Assembly: GCA_016860985.1 (NCBI GenBank)
Contig: BOKM01000001.1
Location: 655,462-719,461 of the forward strand
Direction: 5' to 3'
DNA from: Patescibacteria group bacterium
GTDB lineage: Bacteria > Patescibacteriota > Dojkabacteria > GCA-002793355
DNA length: 64,000 nucleotides
In this document: positions 9,001 to 16,332 of the stretch, one piece after another
Numbering within the stretch: position 1 is the stretch's first letter
How the letters are laid out: every line of letters begins with the position of its first letter
The notes under the pieces: model-generated
The model's database searches: none
What the model was told of the DNA's origin: nothing
Seen by the model: only the letters and a program-made list of their open reading frames with translations
Translations under genes and position numbers: made by a program

Positions 9001-11482
9001 GTCAGTCCTTTATAATGTCGGTCCATGTGAAGTAGAAGGTACGGTTAATATTTCAGAAGGAACTCCATCTGATCCATTAAACTACTCTGCACAAATTGGT
9101 CAGGTCGGAACATTCCCACCAGAACCAAACTCTGTCCCATGGCCGTCACAGTACCAAGAGCAGTTCGAAGTCAAAGAAGAAGTGAGTTACTTTGAGAATG
9201 GAAAACCATTGGTACTCGCAGCCAATAATACCGTTCAAGATGTACTTAATGTTATTGAAAATGCAATCCCAGTAGGCGGAGTGATTAACGGTACAACGGT
9301 TACCTTAAAAGCAGATGCGTTTGATTCTGGGGCTCGATCAATTTCACCAAAAAACTTAAAGATTCAAGTAGAGCTTAAGAAAGTTGGACAGGCCTACGAT
9401 GGTGTATCTGGCCTGCATGATTCTAATACCGTTGTTTTCAGTGGTGGCTCGCCAGTAATTCTGTCAGTTACGGTTCAAAACTTGGAAATGGGGGCATCAT
9501 ATAAATGGCGTGCACGAACTGTAAATATCGATACAGGTCTCGCAAGCGATTGGCAGGAATATGGCGGAAACCCAAGTAATTCAGCTGATTTCACTATTAC
9601 AACTGTTGCGTCACTCGAGTTAACGCTTTCACCTTCAAGTATGGAGCTCACAGATAGTTCAACGCTTACTGTTGTAGCCAAAAACAGTCTTGGAGAAGTT
9701 GACTCATCATATCGAGGTACAGTGTCGTTTACTTCAACCAGTGGCACAGCTCAATTACCAACTTCTTATACTTTTACTAGTGGCGATGCGGGTACACACG
9801 TTTTTAATGACGCATTAAAATTATTTGAGGCAGGAACTTTTGCAGTAACGGTAGAAGACATAGTTAACCCTGTACTTATCGATACAAAAAACATTACGGT
9901 AAGCCTACCACCAGTTCCTTTTATTAGTTTAAGTGCTACTGATGATTCTTTGTTGCTTGGCGAATCCACTACGTTGTTATGGCAGAGCAATTATCTTTCA
10001 AATCTCATCATCGATAATGGGATAGGAGCAGTAGATACATTTGGAAACATTGTCGTTACACCTCCTTTGGGGCAGACAACCTATACAATTCAAGGTGATA
10101 GACAGAGTGGTGGAGTGCTTACTGCTTCCGTAACGATAACAGTGAGTGAGCAAACTGGCGAGGTGACTCCTCCCGTTACAACGGTTATCGTTACAACAAC
10201 ACCTCCAAACACCGATACACCAACACCTACAGTTACGCCGAGTGGTTCCGTAACTCCAACAATTACTCGCAGGCCAAGGCCTCAAACACAGCAAGTTTCT
10301 TGCCCCATTATTGAGGTTTTTACTGTGGACAATCGAATTATTAAAAAAGGGAACCCTATTACAATTACATGGAGAGTCTCTAATGCTGATAAAGTTGTTA
10401 TCGACTCATTTAGTGCCTCTACGTCATTATCGGGTACTTCATCTGTTGTTTTAGAGAAGTCGCAAACTGTTACATTATTTGCAACAAAAGGTTCATGTGA
10501 GCGAACAGCTACAAAAGAGGTTGAGGTTGTTTCAACTTATCCATGGGAAGGTGCAGGTGGCATGTTAATCGGGCTTCTTGCACTCGAGACAATTGGAATG
10601 CAAATTGGTGCTGCACAAGGAAACTTATGGTTTGCATTGCTTGGTTTTATCGACAGAAGTAAAAAACGAAAGCCTTGGGGAGTTGTATATGATTCGGTCA
10701 AGAAATCGTTACTTCCAAGGGTAGTTGTCCGATTGTGGAATGCCGAGACTGGAAAACTTGTTGATACAGTGGTTACAGATGCAAACGGAATCTTTAAGCT
10801 GACACCAAAAATTGGAAAATACGTAATCAAAGTCTCACTTTCGAACTACACTTTCCCTTCGAAATTAATTACCTCAGGCACTGATACTGGATTTACCAAT
10901 ATATATTTCGGTGAAGTAATTGAGGTAAAAGAAGAGACTCAGGCCTTGATGTTATCTATTCCTATGGATCCTGAAAAAGGAAAAGTGAAGAAGCAGATTG
11001 GCAAGCAAATTCTTTCTTTCCTTGAAGATGTTGTTGCACTAATTAGCCCAATCATCTTAATTGCGGGGTTCGTTTACAGTGTTATTGTGACGGTTATGTT
11101 CCCCATCACAGTTAACTATATTATTCTTGCACTTTATGCACTAACCTTCTTGATAAAAATTTATGTGTATATTACGAGACCTCGCCTTTTCGGTATCGTA
11201 ACAGGTGTTGAGGGTCGGGTAATGAGCGGGTTAGAAATTGGGTTATTTGATGCAGAGTTTAAGAATTTGGTGGCAAGAACGTTTACAAACAAACAAGGCG
11301 CATACAACTTTGTAGTAAAAAATGAAAACTATTTTGTTCAATTACTCGATAACAATTACAAAATTCTTAGCCGTGGAGTAGGCAAAGATGGGCTTATTAT
11401 TAAAAAGACTCCAGGTAACTCTGGGGTTAAACTTGTCGCAGAAGATATCATCGTTTACCCAGTGCAGAAACTCGTAAAGTAA
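2..11482 (+). CDS. Giant membrane-anchored surface/adhesin-like protein, 5'-truncated by the window (>=3826 aa): Gly-rich repeats, FN3/Ig-like modules, 3 LamG domains, Pro/Thr linker, C-terminal TM helices and carboxypeptidase-regulatory-like domains
   Basis: The frame of the 377..11482 ORF is open from base 2 (GAGNTAGGAG...GGSIWVEAQ), so the TTG at 377 is not the start. LamG motifs (WHH.AAV...YIDG...DE.RI) occur three times, FN3-like YKW.AR motifs twice; hydrophobic C-terminal segments. Confidence 0.93.
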   Translation, partial: GAGNTAGGAGNVVGATGNTIGNKDYPLTLGGAGGAAGGGGVGGNGGGAIKIESTGTVTINGLITANGLSGQKSADNQTSGGGGAGGSIWVEAQILAGTGQVKAEGGSTDTSASYYGGGGGGGRIALICTASTTFPSQNVSVAFGIGSQNGQVGTLVGPGCKPSNPQVLKFYEKNATAGRVDREILVGELTTKTALTFASDLAGSNLKLEVEIREKAQSFTNTPTNAQVTALSNKTCTGIPATNNVTISTYCGYVEVTTGLSTSKEYKWQARVVSTSGIPSAWVQFGENSTSDYDFVISGAASSIIILDGNSQSAVVGQLVATKPKAKVVDAAGYGVPFYALTSWSVLTGGGTLSNSVITTDKWGEVTTDWALGPTAGVANNSIKISKTTPALSATFTASALPGAVASYTVDAASNTSLINTPFTYTVTAKDGYGNIVPFVGALSVVPVSSQDINSPGLGSLLPSSIVFDQQQESLPNALYKDGATGSISITTATYSYAESIKLKVFDSLGNQGFSSSIFFVESVGTCPSVVIDRNQTWNAIDAPGGIFDCRGFGQFTVRAGYTLTLQGYNNGDTNYTNDYGVTILMDSLKVENTGVMSANGTGYPSRSGVGSGVHGGYQRTLATLPYGNVYEPVSFGSGTMRSYAGRTSTGHGGGAIKLVVDGNSLIDGVISANGTNATNGESSDGAAGGSVWIDTQGLSGAGSIQTNGGNGKSGSFSGSYGGGSGGRIAVYYDSNSGFSLDASHLQSYAGTAGGGYSGAGTVYVENTQTDTSHAGKLIIDNNSHNGLTAGMPEATYSFSKISATRYGHVEFIGQNSILNLSSGSELEGDNTKPLIKVSGTLNYTGNSLLTIDGVDLGINGKVLGVQDISIGGTNAAGVTLYANTWFYNKTTTHSFNDVTVNGNGILSLVSYQNGTTSITDDYGVTLSLNSLTVASGGFVTADGLGYPDDVGVGSGVHGGYQRNLATLPYGDIYEPVTLGSGTIRNYAGWTSTGHGGGAMKLIVAGSMTVNGTVTSSGKNVTDGHTADGPAGGSVWISAQTLTGSGTIKANGGNGLLNSFGESYGGGSGGRVAVYYGTSSFPEANIQAYAGGNGGTNYSGAGTVYIEQLGVDTPKGGTLIVDNNNHNGQFSGVIEGTYQLKKIQATRYGHVEFIGQNSVLNLVSGQGMVGDNTKPQIKISGTLQYSGSGVLTIDGVDLGVNGKTVGIQDITIGGSNPAGLTLYAKTWFHSNINPYSFGDLTVMSNGTVSMVGYQNGAATYTDDYGVTLLATGINIANGGSITADGLGYPDDVGVGSGVHGGYQRNDGTLPYGNIYQPITLGSGTLRNYAGWTSTGHGGGAIKLVVTGDTVVNGTLTASGKNVTDGHTADGPAGGSIWLDTQTLSGSGTIKANGGNGLLNSFGESYGGGSGGRIAVYYNTNSFPVASIQAYAGGNGGTNYSGAGTIYIEDKSVDVSGKGKLIVDNNMHNGMLSGVPEGSYSFKELQATRYGHVEFIGQNSVLNLVSGAGMMGDTTQSQVKISGTLEYSGVGTLTVDGVDLGINGKTLGIEDIAIGGLNPAGVTLYAKTWYHSNLVPYSFGDVTVESNGTLSLQSFQNGAASYSDDFGVNLGMTSLNVKSGGVVTAEGKGYPDDIGVGSGVHGGYQRNDGTLPYGDVFEPVTLGSGTLRNYAGWTSTGHGGGAIKLVVSGDTIVDGIITANGTNVTNGHTADGPAGGSIWLDTQSLTGTGTISANGGNGLLNSFGESYGGGSGGRIAVYYQSSNFPEANIQAYAGGNGGTYYSGAGTIYLEHKGTDTNKGGKLIVDNNGHNGGFSGVKEGVYNFKEIQATRYGHVDFIGQESRVTLAAGDSIVGDSTKPQVKMSGTLVYTGSETFAVSGYNLGINGKVEGIQNITIGGQNVGEMTLYARTWFHNQTVPFTFGDLLVKSNGLLSLVSYQNGVGQTSDDYGVSLNLSNLEVEVDGKITADGLGYPVNVGAGSGVHAGYQHNLSTVPYGDMYEPTTLGSGIMRSYAGWSNLGAGGGAIKIFVNGTTLLNGSLSANGIDGNGEATDGGAGGSIWLDTGLLQGTGTIKANGGAGKNGYGGGGYGGGTGGRIAVYYENNDGFDLTKTSTQAFGGLGGGGYSGPGTVYLENVTTDAPKQGSLRIDNNGHTGRAQNFAAGTHTFEDVEIGQNVTVWVSSDLDAVLDPLSVAVKHESLTESATVVSYGMNDDLVSAYLDSSGNKKHATGSEYIQSVDGKFGNAQRFLAGDIGMSFESISLPGDWSIDMWVKFPLPATPEGWRTLVHNNGYSNHNIIISSDGQLGAYNSGWYDSSYNVNSLSGWHHLAAVASGSSTKYYIDGTLVGSVPIVMHNSINVIGNGGVNQPAGTLDEIRIQDKAMSSAEILAAATATEPYVADAYTLALWHMDEEVTPVQDASVNGYAVFGIGAPLQSVGRFNYGKTIGQGQLMKTDAVTLGENWTIDMWVKFPLPSTGDGWRTLIANAGGTYHPIIVSSDGTIGTYNNGWASSGYNISALTGWHHVAAVGENTSTKMYIDGLLVGTSASKVTQAISALGNIEVNGARQQAGEIDEVRIRNRAVGPDELLANAQAESLPAVDNSTQLLVHFDNATAKYLADGSGEDLDARSVGTASVIGKYGKGLQFTGLRDYAVVPQFEADFSQGITVSLWANPTSIGNYARFMDFNVAGCPNDNILLSRSGTSNDLLFQTFQGTGGAATLVASGAILNNEWHHYTATIDGTGTGRLYRDGELLVSGPMTLPRNVARTTNYIGKSCSGSDALYTGLMDDFSMLNRALSNEEVRAAYNGYTLAEYQASQEQLVGEGVRLIVKGDFTLASGASIVGDGVGFPSDRGIGRGNAGVGYSGGGGGANGGNGGNGQSDGSNQPAQGGSKFGDQLLPVTLGAGGGASGVGAKGGTGGGSFTVIAKGKLSPEGQYQDGNIVVNGTISMNGTAGLTGSPGGGGGAGGSILLHGNTCVIDGTLSATGGEGGNSDIDGGSGGGGRVSVLYNVGPCEVEGTVNISEGTPSDPLNYSAQIGQVGTFPPEPNSVPWPSQYQEQFEVKEEVSYFENGKPLVLAANNTVQDVLNVIENAIPVGGVINGTTVTLKADAFDSGARSISPKNLKIQVELKKVGQAYDGVSGLHDSNTVVFSGGSPVILSVTVQNLEMGASYKWRARTVNIDTGLASDWQEYGGNPSNSADFTITTVASLELTLSPSSMELTDSSTLTVVAKNSLGEVDSSYRGTVSFTSTSGTAQLPTSYTFTSGDAGTHVFNDALKLFEAGTFAVTVEDIVNPVLIDTKNITVSLPPVPFISLSATDDSLLLGESTTLLWQSNYLSNLIIDNGIGAVDTFGNIVVTPPLGQTTYTIQGDRQSGGVLTASVTITVSEQTGEVTPPVTTVIVTTTPPNTDTPTPTVTPSGSVTPTITRRPRPQTQQVSCPIIEVFTVDNRIIKKGNPITITWRVSNADKVVIDSFSASTSLSGTSSVVLEKSQTVTLFATKGSCERTATKEVEVVSTYPWEGAGGMLIGLLALETIGMQIGAAQGNLWFALLGFIDRSKKRKPWGVVYDSVKKSLLPRVVVRLWNAETGKLVDTVVTDANGIFKLTPKIGKYVIKVSLSNYTFPSKLITSGTDTGFTNIYFGEVIEVKEETQALMLSIPMDPEKGKVKKQIGKQILSFLEDVVALISPIILIAGFVYSVIVTVMFPITVNYIILALYALTFLIKIYVYITRPRLFGIVTGVEGRVMSGLEIGLFDAEFKNLVARTFTNKQGAYNFVVKNENYFVQLLDNNYKILSRGVGKDGLIIKKTPGNSGVKLVAEDIIVYPVQKLVK
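1733..6530 (+). repeat. Five tandem intragenic ~1023-bp (341-aa) repeat units
   Basis: The GSGVH(G/A)GYQ motif starts at 1832, 2861, 3884, 4907 and 5930 (spacings 1029, 1023, 1023, 1023). Outer boundaries are approximate. Confidence 0.93.
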
Positions 11483-11543
11483 ACGGAAGACTGTTTCGCG
11501 TAGAGAGCAATAATCACTTTGCCTCGACGGTTGTAGCGTATTA

Positions 11544-11573
11544 TTGCAAAGAGCCCTCTTTTTTGTGTATAAT
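11544..11573 (+). promoter_or_regulatory. Sigma70-like promoter of tRNA-Lys
   Basis: TTGCAA (11544-49), 18 nt, TATAAT (11568-73), 10 nt before the tRNA. Confidence 0.6.
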
Positions 11574-11583
11574 TCACAGTTGT

Positions 11584-11655
11584 GGATCGTTAGCTCAGTG
11601 GTAGAGCAGGCGACTCTTAATCGCTCGGTCGAGGGTTCGAATCCCCCACGGTCCA
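11584..11655 (+). tRNA. tRNA-Lys (anticodon CTT), CCA not encoded
   Basis: Cloverleaf: acceptor GGATCGT/ACGGTCC, D arm GCTC/GAGC, anticodon arm GGCGA-CT-CTT-AA-TCGCT, T arm GAGGG-TTCGAAT-CCCCC (one A.C mismatch), discriminator A. Confidence 0.96.
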
Positions 11656-11804
11656 CTTTTTCAAAGTGATTCGAAACCCCGAGGAGAATGTACCAACGTA
11701 CATTCGACGAAGTGGGCGGGGCCGAGGAAGTAACCCAAAAGTACGCGTAGCGAAAGATATGATGTTACGAGGTGGCCGAATCCCCCACGGTCCACTTTTT
11801 CAAA
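11638..11804 (+). repeat. 28-bp perfect direct repeat of the tRNA-Lys 3' end flanking a 111-nt structured insert
   Basis: CGAATCCCCCACGGTCCACTTTTTCAAA at 11638-11665 and 11777-11804. Confidence 0.92.
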
Positions 11805-11868
11805 AATCAGTTCTCCTTTAAATCAATATTTCGTATGCAAGTAGAGTGTATTCTTGGTACTATACTGT

Positions 11869-12435
11869 ATGACGTGGTTACTAATTGCACTGATTGGAAT
11901 TCTCTGGCTCATAGGAGTAATGTACCTTCTTACGGTATTTTATTTTAAAATAACACAGAAGGAAGTATTTGTACCATTTGTTCCGGCAGATACAGAAGGC
12001 ATCGAAACCATGTATAGTGCAATTGGACTTAAGGGTAGCGAAAAGGTAGTTGATATTGGTTCGGGCTGGGGAACAATCCTTTTTCATCTTCATAAAAAGT
12101 TTCCGAAGCTATATTTAACTGGAATTGAGCTAAACCCGGTGCTGCATGTTATTACGTTACTGAGAAAGTTCCTTTTTCATCGAAAAGGGAATATCCGGTT
12201 GTTGCGTGGAGATGCAGCAAAAATTTCGTACAGTGACTACGATGTCATTTTTTTGTTTATGTTGTCGCCGTTTGTTAACAAAGTACTGGTTCCAAAATTT
12301 GAAAAGGAATTAAAGAAGGGTACAAAGGTTGTATCTTATGTCTTTAAAATGAAATCGAATGCGTTTAGTGAAAAAACTGTAAAGCTTCCATCTAACGGAT
12401 GGAAAAGTGCAGTATATATTTACGAAAAGCTATAG
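11869..12435 (+). CDS. Membrane-anchored class I SAM-dependent methyltransferase
   Basis: N-terminal TM helix, VPFVP, motif I VDIGSGWG, GIELNP; ATG 11869 chosen (TACTAT 5 nt upstream). Confidence 0.85.
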   Translation: MTWLLIALIGILWLIGVMYLLTVFYFKITQKEVFVPFVPADTEGIETMYSAIGLKGSEKVVDIGSGWGTILFHLHKKFPKLYLTGIELNPVLHVITLLRKFLFHRKGNIRLLRGDAAKISYSDYDVIFLFMLSPFVNKVLVPKFEKELKKGTKVVSYVFKMKSNAFSEKTVKLPSNGWKSAVYIYEKL

Positions 12436-12482
12436 AGCTATCAGATTTGATTAATCATTTTTTGGTTGGAGGTTCAGTGTTT

Positions 12483-13553
12483 CTATACGCCAGAAAGTGG
12501 AAGGTATGGGTAACCACGTTTTAACATGAGTGCTCTTTGGTAGAAGACTGCAGCGAGGTATTGAGGTGCTTTTACTGGTAGGTCTAGCGTTGGAACATAT
12601 TCTGAAAGTACTGCTCCAAATCCTTGCTTAAATTGATCCATTGACTTCCAAGGGTGTGGTAAGCCCTTTTCAGCTACTTCTTTTGAAACTGAGCCACCCC
12701 AGAGGTCAAGAACGGTAGTTTTTCGCTTCTTTAGCTCTTCGAGTGTTTCGTGAAGGAGGAGTACATCTGCGCCAAGTTCTTTGCCTTGGTCGGTTATTGC
12801 TGACCAATAGTTCCATGCAGAGTGACCTTGAATAATAATTGCAGACGCAGCGTAAAGGGTTTCTTTATCATCTCGAAGCGAGGCAATAAGTATTTGGCCG
12901 CTTTCTGCGTAGGTCTTTAATTCCTCTTTTAGATAATCGACAGGTACATAATCAATTTGTTTTTTTGCAGCCAAGGTTCGATATATTGATACAAAGTCTT
13001 CTAAAGCAGCAACCTCTATTGAAAAGGCAGGTTCTAGGTTTCGCTTTCGGGCTCGTTCAAGCATTTTTTGATGATCTTCTCGTAAGTTTGCTTCTGCATA
13101 TTGTGCAACTGTAATGGTTCGTGTGACACATGCATCTAGTTCCTGAACTGGAGCTCGCTTAAAACCTGCGGTCATAATATCGGTAACAATCTCTTTCTTT
13201 GAAGGAATTCTTGGTGTAAATCGAACGTAAACGGCCTGTTCTTTTTGCCCAATTTCAACTGCAAAGCTTCGGAGTTCTTGCCAAAAGGTGACATCTTCTG
13301 CAGAACGGGTATCAATGAATACGGGAGAGTGCTGGAAATATACAAACGAACCGCTACGTGCAGGAATAACCTGATAAAAAGCAAGTGCAACAACGCTATC
13401 GTTTACTGAAATTTTGTATAAGCCAGTTTTTCGGTTTCGGTGTGCAATAAAGCGCATTCTTTCGGGTGAATTATAAAAGGTGGTGTAAGATGCTTTTTTA
13501 ATATGTGTGGCGTATTCTTTCTCGGATAAAGGGGCGAATGTATATTTTGGCAT
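12483..13553 (-). CDS. FemABX-like peptidoglycan bridge peptidyltransferase
   Basis: Tandem GNAT fold, RFTP, LDLWG, FKQGFG motif; ATG 13553 chosen (TAGAGT 5 nt upstream). Confidence 0.82.
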   Translation of the reverse strand: MPKYTFAPLSEKEYATHIKKASYTTFYNSPERMRFIAHRNRKTGLYKISVNDSVVALAFYQVIPARSGSFVYFQHSPVFIDTRSAEDVTFWQELRSFAVEIGQKEQAVYVRFTPRIPSKKEIVTDIMTAGFKRAPVQELDACVTRTITVAQYAEANLREDHQKMLERARKRNLEPAFSIEVAALEDFVSIYRTLAAKKQIDYVPVDYLKEELKTYAESGQILIASLRDDKETLYAASAIIIQGHSAWNYWSAITDQGKELGADVLLLHETLEELKKRKTTVLDLWGGSVSKEVAEKGLPHPWKSMDQFKQGFGAVLSEYVPTLDLPVKAPQYLAAVFYQRALMLKRGYPYLPLSGV

Positions 13554-13620
13554 ATTCAACTCTAACAATTTATGTGCCTACAAGTATTTTACACGCTTTC
13601 TTTGTGCAATGTACAGTGTG

Positions 13621-15261
13621 CTATCGGATAACTCTAAAGTAGAGGATGTTCTTCTGGTCGGTAAACATAAGTGCGGTGTCGTTTTGTCCGAGTACAAATG
13701 TCTGAAGACCTGTCTGGAATGTGAGTACATTTTCACCTGTTGTATCTGAAACAATAAGTGTGTCAGCACTCTTGGCAGCGATATAAGAAGCAAGTGCGAG
13801 AGGTGTAATGGCCGAGAGTGAGTCTTTTGCAGAAAACAATTCTGTGCGTCCAAGTTTTGTAAGTTTATCTGCACTGCGTTTGTTATAAATAAAGAGAACT
13901 AAATGTGTGCCTTTATTCTCAGTAAACGAAAGCATATGTTTCTCGTTTATAAAAATTGGAGGGACAGTAATTTCCTCGCTCGAAATTTTTATTCTGCTGT
14001 AATCTTCTGCAAAATGCTCGATATCAATATCACCAATCTTTTCTTGTGTAAGTGTTATTGAGTAATCGCTTTCTTTTGCGTCGTATAGTTTTCCGACAAG
14101 ATATGATGCAGTTTTTGTTGTAACTAAAAATCTTGGCGTATCATCTGTGGAAAAACTCCAGATGTTCGTTGGTGGTTGCTCAAACTGTAAGGTTGGAAGT
14201 TGAGTTGTTAGAGGATTTCCATTGTATGAAACGTCGTTAATCTCGTAAGTGTTTGTTTTTGTACCGGAGAGCTTTCTAATAATTGCGATACCAGATTCGG
14301 TCATGTTCCAAATCATTTTTTCTCCGTTTGCAGTTAGTTCAGATTTTTCTGCCAAAATAACACGCGTACCAGCTTTTACGTTATACGAGATGATTTGATC
14401 TGGAGTATCGACGATAATATAGTCGCCATTCTCGCTCCATTTGAGGGTAGTTCCCTTCATTTTATTGTAACTCGTAAGTGACTTAGCATCGGTAAGGTTG
14501 GCATTTACGGAGGAGTTTCGCTTAAAAGGTACCAGTGAAATTGATTTGTTTCCTGCCTTGTCGGTGAGTGTAACAAGCAAGAGTTTTCCAGTTGGAGAAA
14601 CTGAAATTGAAGTAATTGGAGTTGCAGCCAGCGTTGTAATTGTCATTTTTTCGTCTAGCACTGGATGAGGATCATCGAATAATGGTTTTGTTACATATAT
14701 TCTCGTTAAAACATATGAGTTCGTTGGTTCCTGCTTTGCTTTTTCCTTTGTTGGTGTTGGGGTAGGTGTTGTTGCTTCTGAGGTGGTACCTTCTGTTACT
14801 AGCTCGGCGGAGGAGAGAACATAATAACCTGTGCTGTTCGAATCAAAGGTTAGTGTTTTGCTCAGGTCGATAATCTCTTTTTGTCCGTCGGTTCGAAGAA
14901 GTGGGACAATAACGGGGCTTGCAAGCCCATGCTGTACTTCCACTTTTTTTGTATAGGAATAATAGCCTTCTTTGGATAATGAAACAGTGTAGTCTCCAAT
15001 TTTAAGGTTCGGAATTGCGCGGTTACTTTTTCCGTAATATTCGCCAGATACGTTGATGTCGGCATCTGTTGGAATCGTTTCTACGTTGAGAACCCCAGTT
15101 TTTATGACAGTCCTTTTGGTGAAGTCAAGGGAATAACCGTTGATAAGCGCAATGATTATGGCTGTTGTACCAACAATAAAAAGAGTAGAAAACAAAGGAA
15201 GAAGAACTGTTATTACCTTTTTGATATAGGACCGAATTTTTGGTCTTTTGATTGTTGCCAC
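13621..15261 (-). CDS. PEGA-domain membrane protein
   Basis: N-terminal TM then GY..D...TGVLNVETIPTDADI...L.IGDYTVSLSKEGY PEGA signature; beta-rich C-terminus. Confidence 0.85.
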   Translation of the reverse strand: MATIKRPKIRSYIKKVITVLLPLFSTLFIVGTTAIIIALINGYSLDFTKRTVIKTGVLNVETIPTDADINVSGEYYGKSNRAIPNLKIGDYTVSLSKEGYYSYTKKVEVQHGLASPVIVPLLRTDGQKEIIDLSKTLTFDSNSTGYYVLSSAELVTEGTTSEATTPTPTPTKEKAKQEPTNSYVLTRIYVTKPLFDDPHPVLDEKMTITTLAATPITSISVSPTGKLLLVTLTDKAGNKSISLVPFKRNSSVNANLTDAKSLTSYNKMKGTTLKWSENGDYIIVDTPDQIISYNVKAGTRVILAEKSELTANGEKMIWNMTESGIAIIRKLSGTKTNTYEINDVSYNGNPLTTQLPTLQFEQPPTNIWSFSTDDTPRFLVTTKTASYLVGKLYDAKESDYSITLTQEKIGDIDIEHFAEDYSRIKISSEEITVPPIFINEKHMLSFTENKGTHLVLFIYNKRSADKLTKLGRTELFSAKDSLSAITPLALASYIAAKSADTLIVSDTTGENVLTFQTGLQTFVLGQNDTALMFTDQKNILYFRVIR

Positions 15262-15309
15262 AGTTAATTATTGTAGCATACTTGCAAGAGCCATAGAGTA
15301 TAATAAGGT

Positions 15310-16329
15310 ATGTCATTTTCGCTACGACCACAACGCTTAGGTATTGATCTAGGAACGGCAAACTCAGTTGTTTTTGTGCAGGGTCGTGGAGTTGTGCTCG
15401 AAGAGCCAACAGTTGTTGCAATTGATACTTCAGATTTATCAATCATTGCAATCGGGCAAGAAGCGAAAATCATGTTAGGAAAAACTCCCGAAAGTATAAT
15501 GATCAAGAGGCCTCTCCGCAATGGTGTTATTGCCAGTGCCCGTGTAACCGAAGAATTGTTGAAATATTTTATTTCACGAGCGATAGGAAGAATACGAATT
15601 TTCAGGCCAGAGGTCATGATTTCTGCACCAGTTGGTATAAGCAGTGTAGAAAAAAGAGCGGTCATCAAGGCAGCAATTCATGCAGGTGCAGGCAGGGTGT
15701 ACCTTATTCCAGAGCCACTGGCTGCTGCAATTGGGGCCAAGTTACCTATTCATTCTTCTGCCGGAAATATGGTGGTTAATATGGGTGGTGGAACAACCGA
15801 GATTGCGGTAATCTCTTTAAATGGAATCGTGGTCGCGACATCGGTTCGTGTTGCTGGCGACGAGTTTAATACCGCAATTAGTACCTATGCACGACGTGAA
15901 AGAGGGTTAATTATTGGCGAACAGATGGCAGAAAAGATAAAAATGACTATTGGGTCCGCGGTGCGTGTTGAAAAGCAGGAACAAATGGAGGTAAGTGGAA
16001 GAGATGTTGCAACAGGTCTTCCTCGTGTGGATGTTTTTACAACAAATGAAATTGCCGAGGCCTTAAAGAACCCGTTGGGAGAGATTTTGGCATCCTTAAA
16101 AAAACTATTGGAGCGTACCCCTCCAGAACTATCCGCCGATATTATTGACAGAGGGATTGTCATGAGTGGAGGAAGTTCACTCTTAAAGAACCTGGACAGA
16201 TTATTTTCAAAGGCGCTCGGCGTTCCGGCGTATTTAGCAGACGACCCAATCCATTGCGTCGCTCGTGGAACAGGAATTGCATTGGATTATCTTGATGTAC
16301 TTGAAAAGACTATTACCGCTGTTGGATAG
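15310..16329 (+). CDS. mreB: Rod shape-determining actin homolog MreB
   Basis: GIDLGTAN, EP.AAAIGA, GGGTTE, TPPELSADI, SGG motifs. Confidence 0.96.
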   Translation: MSFSLRPQRLGIDLGTANSVVFVQGRGVVLEEPTVVAIDTSDLSIIAIGQEAKIMLGKTPESIMIKRPLRNGVIASARVTEELLKYFISRAIGRIRIFRPEVMISAPVGISSVEKRAVIKAAIHAGAGRVYLIPEPLAAAIGAKLPIHSSAGNMVVNMGGGTTEIAVISLNGIVVATSVRVAGDEFNTAISTYARRERGLIIGEQMAEKIKMTIGSAVRVEKQEQMEVSGRDVATGLPRVDVFTTNEIAEALKNPLGEILASLKKLLERTPPELSADIIDRGIVMSGGSSLLKNLDRLFSKALGVPAYLADDPIHCVARGTGIALDYLDVLEKTITAVG

Positions 16330-16332
16330 TAG

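Noticed and set aside
11638-11804. CRISPR array or intact prophage at the tRNA repeat
   Set aside because: Only two copies, derived from the tRNA, with a 111-nt interval; no cas, integrase or phage genes.
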